A DNA stretch of 62,820 nt, taken from Acidimicrobiia bacterium (GTDB lineage: Bacteria; Actinomycetota; Acidimicrobiia; Spongiisociales; JAHEDJ01). The stretch spans positions 1 through 62,820 of the forward strand of contig JARGFH010000018.1 of the NCBI GenBank assembly GCA_029210695.1, read 5' to 3'. Positions within the stretch are counted from its first letter, which is position 1. Each line of letters starts with the position of its first letter. The notes under the pieces were generated by a model. That model saw nothing but the letters and a program-made list of their open reading frames with translations, was not told the DNA's origin and did not search any database. This document shows positions 57,427 through 62,820 of this stretch, piece by piece. Made by a program: the position numbers and the translations under genes.

Positions 57427-58293
57427 ATGGCCACGAAGAAACCCGCATCCGCAAAGAAACCTGCCGCCCCCAAGACGGCGACCGCTAAGAAGTCTGCGGC
57501 GAAGAAGCCTGCTGCCAAGGCGGCTGCGGCGAAGAAACCTGCTGCCAAGAAGCCTGCTGCGAAGACGGCTGCGGCGAAGAAACCTGCTGCCAAGAAGCCT
57601 GCTGCCAAGACGGCTGCAGCGAAGAAACCTGCTGCGAAGAAACCCGCGGCGAGGAAGCCGGCCGCCAAGGCCGAGCTGAGGCCGGCGGTGCTGAAGAAGC
57701 CCATTGCGAAGCGACCTGTTGCCGGCCAGCCTGATGCCACGGCCGATGCGGCGAGCGCTCCGGCCGCCAAACCTGCCCCTCGTCGCAAGAGGCCGTCGCC
57801 ATTCGGCCTGGGCGACAAGGTTGTGCACCCTCACCACGGTGCCGCGATCATCACCAAGAAGGTCAAGCAGGTGGTGGCGGGGGAGAAGCGTGACTACTTC
57901 GTACTCGAGATTGCCACCGACCAACTCACGGTTTTCGTGCCGGTCGACAACATCGAAGACACCATCCGCCCCGTCATCTCCAAGGCTGCCGCAGGGCGGG
58001 TGTTCAAGCTCTTCAAGGAGGAGCCCCAGGAAGCGGGCAGCAACTGGTCTCGCTGGTACAAAGTACTCAACGAGAAGATGACCAGTGGTGACATCTATCA
58101 GGTTGCCGAGGTCGTTCGTGACCTCACGTTCGCTCAGCAGACGAAGGGCATTTCGCCTGCCCTCAAACGCATGTTGAGCAAAGCCAGGCTAACCCTCACC
58201 AGCGAGCTTCAGTTCGCTTTGGCAATCGACGATGAAGAGGCAACGAAGAAACTCGATAGGGCACTACCCAAGGTCGAGATCGAAGAGAGCTAA
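57427..58293 (+). CDS. carD: CarD-family transcription factor with N-terminal histone H1-like (PAAKK) domain
   Basis: GDKVVHPHHGA, NWSRWYK (conserved Trp), SGDIYQVAEVVRDL; about 125-aa Lys/Ala/Pro N-terminal extension in frame. Confidence 0.9.
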   Translation: MATKKPASAKKPAAPKTATAKKSAAKKPAAKAAAAKKPAAKKPAAKTAAAKKPAAKKPAAKTAAAKKPAAKKPAARKPAAKAELRPAVLKKPIAKRPVAGQPDATADAASAPAAKPAPRRKRPSPFGLGDKVVHPHHGAAIITKKVKQVVAGEKRDYFVLEIATDQLTVFVPVDNIEDTIRPVISKAAAGRVFKLFKEEPQEAGSNWSRWYKVLNEKMTSGDIYQVAEVVRDLTFAQQTKGISPALKRMLSKARLTLTSELQFALAIDDEEATKKLDRALPKVEIEES

Positions 58294-58305
58294 CGGAGGT
58301 CTGCC

Positions 58306-59370
58306 GTGGTCGTTGAGGCCGTTCGCCTGCTGATCACGCTGGTCTTTACCGCCGCCGGTTTCCAACTGGGGGATTCGCTATCCGCCCGTTTCCCGGATGC
58401 ACTCGGCGTATCTGACACTGCTTCTGTGGTCGGAGCCGTCATCGGAGCCGGAGTCGGGTATGTCGGCGGGGGCATGTTTGGCCGGAGTTTTCGTTCTCGT
58501 CTCGAGACGGCGCCTGAACGCTTGGTGGCGAGGGTATCCGGCCCCAGCCTGTTTGCCGGGGCATTCGGGGTCGTGACCGGATTGCTGATCGGGATCGTCG
58601 CCTCGATTCCGATTGTGCTGCTGCTGCCTCCTGCCATCGGGTGGCCGTTGGCAGCCCTGGTTGCCCTCCTGCTGATCCTGGTGGCCGTCCGGGTCTTTAT
58701 GGCCCGCTCCGAGGATCTCCTCGCCGTGGCCGGCCTCAGGACCCGCGGGCCTCTGCGCAGCCACAGCCTTCTTGAGGGAGAGCGGGCCTACTTGATCGAC
58801 TCCTCGGCGGCTATCGACGGGCGCCTCCTGGCGCTCGTGCAGGCCGGCCTCGTGCAGGGCCGTCTGTGGGCTCCTGCCTTTGTTGTCGACGAACTCCAGG
58901 GCCTGGCGGATTCCGGTGACGGTGGTATTCGGAGGCGGGGCAGGAGAGGTCTCGAGGCGCTCGAAGCACTGCATTCCGCCACAGGCGAGTTCACGGTGCT
59001 CGAGGAGGACGTTCTCGAGTTCGAGCACGTCGATGCCAAATTGCTCCATCTGGCGGCGCTCTCCAACGCCCGGCTGGTGACGACCGACTACAACCTTTCA
59101 AAGGCCGCAGAACTGCGCGGCATTACCGTGCTGAATCCGAGTGTTCTTGGTGAGCGGCTGAAGCCGATCGTGAGTACCGGCGAGACCATGACCGTGACGA
59201 TCGCCAAGGCCGGGAAGGGGGCCGGACAGGGTATCGCCTATCTGGATGATGGAACGATGGTGGTGGTCGAGGAGACGTCCAATCTGATCGGCCAGGATCT
59301 CGAGGTGGTGGTGACGAGTACTACTCGAACTGCAGTTGGCCGGATGCTGTTTGCCCGACCAGCCTCATGA
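58306..59370 (+). CDS. PIN/TRAM-domain membrane protein (YacL-like)
   Basis: Four TMs, IDSSAAIDGR, RRRGRRGL, VTTDYNL, QGIAYLDDGTMVVVE, GRMLFA. Confidence 0.9.
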   Translation: MVVEAVRLLITLVFTAAGFQLGDSLSARFPDALGVSDTASVVGAVIGAGVGYVGGGMFGRSFRSRLETAPERLVARVSGPSLFAGAFGVVTGLLIGIVASIPIVLLLPPAIGWPLAALVALLLILVAVRVFMARSEDLLAVAGLRTRGPLRSHSLLEGERAYLIDSSAAIDGRLLALVQAGLVQGRLWAPAFVVDELQGLADSGDGGIRRRGRRGLEALEALHSATGEFTVLEEDVLEFEHVDAKLLHLAALSNARLVTTDYNLSKAAELRGITVLNPSVLGERLKPIVSTGETMTVTIAKAGKGAGQGIAYLDDGTMVVVEETSNLIGQDLEVVVTSTTRTAVGRMLFARPAS

Positions 59371-59972
59371 TCGTTTGGGGGGTGGTCGTTGCGGCAGGCC
59401 TGGGCCGTCGATTTGGCGGGATGAAGCAGCACATCGAACTCGGCGGTGTGCCTCTCTGGCGATGGGGACAGAAGGCCCTTCTCAGCGGTGGGGTCGATGG
59501 GGTGATCCTGGTCGGCCCGGTGGAGGGCGGCGTCCCGGGCGGGGAGCGGCGTCGAGATTCCGTGGCGGCAGGCTTGAGCCGGCTCCCTGAGGGTGTTGAC
59601 TATGTTCTCGTCCACGACGCGGCCCGTCCTCTGGCGAGTTCCGGGCTGGTCGCGCGTGTGATCGAACGTCTCGAGCAGGGCGATGTCGACGGTGTTGTCC
59701 CCGTCGTTCCGGTTCGCGACACCTTGAAAGAGATTGCAGGCGGGGCCGTCGTCGGTACCTGCGACCGGACGAATCTCGTTTCCGCTCAGACGCCGCAGGG
59801 TTTTCGATTGTCCGCGCTCATGGAAGCGCATGCGTTCTTCGTTGGTGATGCCAGCGACGATGCCTCCATGGTTGAAGCAATGGGAGGGGCAGTCGGGTGG
59901 GTCGACGGAGACCCGGGTAATCTGAAGCTGACCTATCCGGAGGATCTGCGCGTGCTCGAGTCGCTGCTGTGA
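59367..59972 (+). CDS. ispD: 2-C-methyl-D-erythritol 4-phosphate cytidylyltransferase
   Basis: AAGLGRRFG, GG.RR.DSV, VHDAARP, AQTPQGF, NLKLTYPED. Confidence 0.92.
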   Translation: MIVWGVVVAAGLGRRFGGMKQHIELGGVPLWRWGQKALLSGGVDGVILVGPVEGGVPGGERRRDSVAAGLSRLPEGVDYVLVHDAARPLASSGLVARVIERLEQGDVDGVVPVVPVRDTLKEIAGGAVVGTCDRTNLVSAQTPQGFRLSALMEAHAFFVGDASDDASMVEAMGGAVGWVDGDPGNLKLTYPEDLRVLESLL

Positions 59973-60448
59973 TACGAGTCGGATGGGGATACGACGTACA
60001 CGCCTTCGGCGGCGTGGGCCCCTTGTTGCTGGCCGGCAGGATAATCGACCCGGACCGCGGGCTGGTCGGTACGTCCGATGCAGATGTGGTGGCCCACGCA
60101 GTTTCCGACGCGCTGCTGGGAGCCGCCGCCTTGGGTGATCTCGGTTTGCTGTTCCCGTCATCCGACTCGAAGTGGTCGGGCGCAGACTCGATGGTGCTTC
60201 TTGCAGACGTGTTCAAGCGGTTCGCCGGTGCAGGACTGGCGATCGCCCATCTCGACGTCACGGTGATTGCAGAACGTGTCCGTATTGCTCCCCATCGCAC
60301 GGCAATGCGTGAACGACTGGCCGCAGTGCTCGAGACGGGAATCGAGTCGGTGTCCGTCAAAGCCACTTCGACGGATGGATTGGGTTTCATTGGGCGAGAC
60401 GAAGGAGTGGCGGCGGTGGCGGTGGTTACCGCCTCGGTGGTGCCCTAG
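59969..60448 (+). CDS. ispF: 2-C-methyl-D-erythritol 2,4-cyclodiphosphate synthase
   Basis: RVGWGYDVH, SDADVVAHA, GDLG, VKATSTDGLGF. Confidence 0.93.
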   Translation: MIRVGWGYDVHAFGGVGPLLLAGRIIDPDRGLVGTSDADVVAHAVSDALLGAAALGDLGLLFPSSDSKWSGADSMVLLADVFKRFAGAGLAIAHLDVTVIAERVRIAPHRTAMRERLAAVLETGIESVSVKATSTDGLGFIGRDEGVAAVAVVTASVVP

Positions 60449-60461
60449 GATCTGCTACCCC

Positions 60462-61862
60462 ATGCAGGTATTCAACACTCTCGGTCGGAGCCTCGAAACC
60501 TTTGTACCCCGGGATCCGGACCAGGTTTCTATGTACGTCTGTGGTCCTACCGTCCAGTCGGAACCACATCTAGGGCACGGCCGAGCCGGAGTTGCGTTCG
60601 ACGTCATCCGCCGCTACTTCCGATGGAAGGGTTTCGAGGTGACGCATGTGCAGAACGTCACCGACATAGAAGACAAGATCATCGCGGCTGCCAACGAACG
60701 CGGGATGGCGGTCGCCGACCTGGCGGCAGAGATGACGGCTCGATTCGACGCCTGCTACCGCGCCCTGGGTATTGAACGTCCGGATATCGAACCCCGCGCC
60801 ACAGAGCACATCGACCAGATGCTGAGTCTCATTTCGAACTTGATCGATCGGGGCTTGGCCTATGCGGCCGGCGGTGACGTCTACTTCTCTGTTCGCTCTC
60901 TTCCCGGGTACGGCAAGCTCTCGGGCCGCAACCTCGACGGTCTGTTGTCGGGGGCCAGGGTGGCGATCGGGGAGAACAAGCGTGATCCGCTCGACTTCGC
61001 ATTGTGGAAGGCGGCCAAGCCGGAAGAGCCCAAGTGGGCCTCGCCGTGGGGCGAGGGACGACCCGGATGGCACATTGAATGCTCGGCGATGGCGGCCCAG
61101 TACCTGGGAGACGGATTCGACATCCACGGTGGGGGAACCGACCTGATCTTTCCTCATCACGAGAACGAGATTGCCCAGTCGGAGGGTGCGGGTGCCTCGC
61201 CGTTTGCCCGCTACTGGCTGCACAACGAAATGCTGAACCTCGGCGGCGAGAAGATGGCGAAATCGACCGGCCATGTGATCGACCTAGCCACGGCTATCGA
61301 TCGGTTCGGCGGGATGACGGTGCGGCTGTTCTACCTGCGCGCCCACTATCGATCGCCGCTCGAGTACTCGGAGCAACTCCTGGAGGATGCAGCCGCTGCA
61401 CTCGAGCGCTTGCGCGCATTCGGCAGGCGGTCGGAGGTTGAGGGGGCCGTCGCGGACGAGGAACTGCTCGCACGCTTCACTGCCGCGATGGATGACGATT
61501 TCAATACTCCGGACGCGCTGGCCGCCATGTTCGAAGCGGTGAAGGAAGGCAACCGCCGGCTCGACGAGGGAGTCGAGGTGGGTCCGATCGTTGCGGTGTT
61601 CTCCACGATGGTGCAGGTGCTCGGCCTCGACCTTGCGCTGACGGATGGCGAAGATGTCGAGTCGGCGCTGGCCGCGCTTGCGGGCCGATTTGGGGTCGTC
61701 GCCGGACCCGTCGATCAGATGATGGAAGCCTTGCTCGCCAAACGTACGCAGGCGAGGGACGAACGAGACTGGGCTGCGTCCGACGCCATTCGCGACGATC
61801 TGGCCGAGCTGGGAGTGATCGTGGAGGATACGGCCGATGGCGCCCGCTGGCATCGGGGATAG
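60462..61862 (+). CDS. cysS: Cysteinyl-tRNA synthetase
   Basis: CGPTV, HLGH, PGWHIECS, HGGG.DL.FPHHENE, KMAKS. Confidence 0.97.
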   Translation: MQVFNTLGRSLETFVPRDPDQVSMYVCGPTVQSEPHLGHGRAGVAFDVIRRYFRWKGFEVTHVQNVTDIEDKIIAAANERGMAVADLAAEMTARFDACYRALGIERPDIEPRATEHIDQMLSLISNLIDRGLAYAAGGDVYFSVRSLPGYGKLSGRNLDGLLSGARVAIGENKRDPLDFALWKAAKPEEPKWASPWGEGRPGWHIECSAMAAQYLGDGFDIHGGGTDLIFPHHENEIAQSEGAGASPFARYWLHNEMLNLGGEKMAKSTGHVIDLATAIDRFGGMTVRLFYLRAHYRSPLEYSEQLLEDAAAALERLRAFGRRSEVEGAVADEELLARFTAAMDDDFNTPDALAAMFEAVKEGNRRLDEGVEVGPIVAVFSTMVQVLGLDLALTDGEDVESALAALAGRFGVVAGPVDQMMEALLAKRTQARDERDWAASDAIRDDLAELGVIVEDTADGARWHRG

Positions 61863-62562
61863 CGTCGAGGGCGTCCACGCCGTACGGGCCGCCGTCGAAG
61901 CAGGGCGGGTCGAGCGGTTGTTCGTCGATCGCCGCCGTCGCGATGATCTCGAGGGAATGGTGGGCAGCTCGGGCGTGCCGTATGAGGTCGTCGATGACAT
62001 TCGGGTCCATGCCCTCACCGAGGTGCCGCAGGGATTCGTCGCCAAATGCCGTCCGCTTGCCACCGTTTCGGTTGAAGATGCAATCGAGCTGGCAACGCCG
62101 GCTGCCCTCATGGTGCTCGACCATGTCGAGGATCCGCACAATCTCGGGGCGGTGGCGCGTTCGGCGCATGCGGCCGGCGTACAGGCGTTGATCACGGGAG
62201 GTCGGCGGTCGGCTCCGTTCGGGCCTGCCGCCTTCAAGGCCGCCGCCGGAGCCCTGGAACACGTGCGGGTATGCGTTGTCTCTTCGATTGCCGACACCAT
62301 CACCAGGTTGAAGAAGACCGGCGTTTGGACGGTCGGGTTGACTGCCGGCGCTTCGCAGAGCCTGTTCGGCCTCCCGCTTCTGACCGAACCCGTTGCGATC
62401 ATCGCCGGCGCGGAAGGCAGGGGTTTGAGCCGCTTGGTGGAGGATCGTGTCGATGTGGTGGCCTCGATCCCGATGCGCTCGGATCTCGAGAGTCTGAATG
62501 TCTCCGTGGCAGCCGCTCTGGCAATGTTCGAGATCGGCCGCGTTCGCGGGGAACTCGGTTAG
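61837..62562 (+). CDS. rlmB: 23S rRNA Gm2251 2'-O-methyltransferase (SpoU family)
   Basis: DPHNLGA..RSA, GAEGRG, IPM...ESLNVSVA; follows cysS. Confidence 0.92.
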   Translation: MAPAGIGDSVEGVHAVRAAVEAGRVERLFVDRRRRDDLEGMVGSSGVPYEVVDDIRVHALTEVPQGFVAKCRPLATVSVEDAIELATPAALMVLDHVEDPHNLGAVARSAHAAGVQALITGGRRSAPFGPAAFKAAAGALEHVRVCVVSSIADTITRLKKTGVWTVGLTAGASQSLFGLPLLTEPVAIIAGAEGRGLSRLVEDRVDVVASIPMRSDLESLNVSVAAALAMFEIGRVRGELG

Positions 62563-62597
62563 CCGGACTCTCGATTAGCACTATTCTCTCGGGCACC

Positions 62598-62670
62598 GCC
62601 GGGTTAGCTCAGTCGGTAGAGCGCTTCTCTTGTAAAGAAGTGGTCGTCGGTTCGATTCCGACACCCGGCT
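62598..62670 (+). tRNA. tRNA-Thr(TGT)
   Basis: Acceptor GCCGGGT/ACCCGGC, anticodon arm CTTCT-CT TGT AA-AGAAG, T loop GGTTCGATTCC. Confidence 0.96.
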
Positions 62671-62820
62671 CCGTTTGAAACCCCAGTTCAACTGAGGCTT
62701 CGTGGGCGTCATTCTTCTTCGATTCAACCTCGTGGAGGTATGCTGACGCCGCTCGCTGAAATTCCCCAGGGTTGCTCATCGAAATTCCTCACCTTGGGTT
62801 GGGTTTGGATGCTAGTTGTT

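Noticed and set aside
133..62596. Numerous long antisense or alternate-frame ORFs (e.g. 7137-8900, 29931-31874, 34090-35673, 54719-56197, 36776-37399)
   Set aside because: They overlap well-supported genes, lack motifs and are expected shadows of high-GC codon bias.
62671..62820. Possible integrated element after tRNA-Thr(TGT), and likewise after tRNA-Thr(CGT)
   Set aside because: No integrase and no duplicated tRNA 3' end seen in the window. Only 150 nt of lower-GC sequence is available.

Overview
High-GC (roughly two-thirds by eye) actinobacterial chromosome segment. Gene content and order suggest Acidimicrobiia, which is an inference. Most of it is conserved backbone: HAD hydrolase and Tad/Flp pilus locus, P2A ATPase, LCP protein, membrane PPase, PIN-PhoH, topA, MFS-tmk-holB-tRNA-Thr(CGT), sigR/rsrA-like pair, tilS-hpt-ftsH-folE-folP-folB-folK, panG-like-panC-lysS, polyprenyl synthase, clpC, VUT plus BMP nucleoside ABC transporter, and radA-disA-carD-PIN/TRAM-ispD-ispF-cysS-rlmB-tRNA-Thr(TGT). 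The standout is an ~8 kb islet between lysS and the polyprenyl synthase/clpC genes. It carries a FliA/WhiG (sigma-28) factor, FlgN and a diverged FlgL-like gene, but no other flagellar genes. It also carries a catalytically dead GGDEF protein with an intact RxxD I-site, a degenerate-GGDEF/REC + HEAT + GT2 polysaccharide synthase operon and a secreted HExxH protein. Sigma-28-type promoter motifs precede several of these genes, suggesting a flagellar regulatory remnant rewired to surface-polysaccharide control. Other oddities are a CarD with an N-terminal histone-H1-like PAAKK domain, a FolK-ICMT-type methyltransferase fusion, a PTP-fold pseudo-phosphatase inside the folate operon, dispersed heptamer-repeat elements, a REP-like 60-bp doublet, an unannotated 41-aa membrane protein and a possible ATC start codon. 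All family assignments come from visual motif recognition, not database searches.
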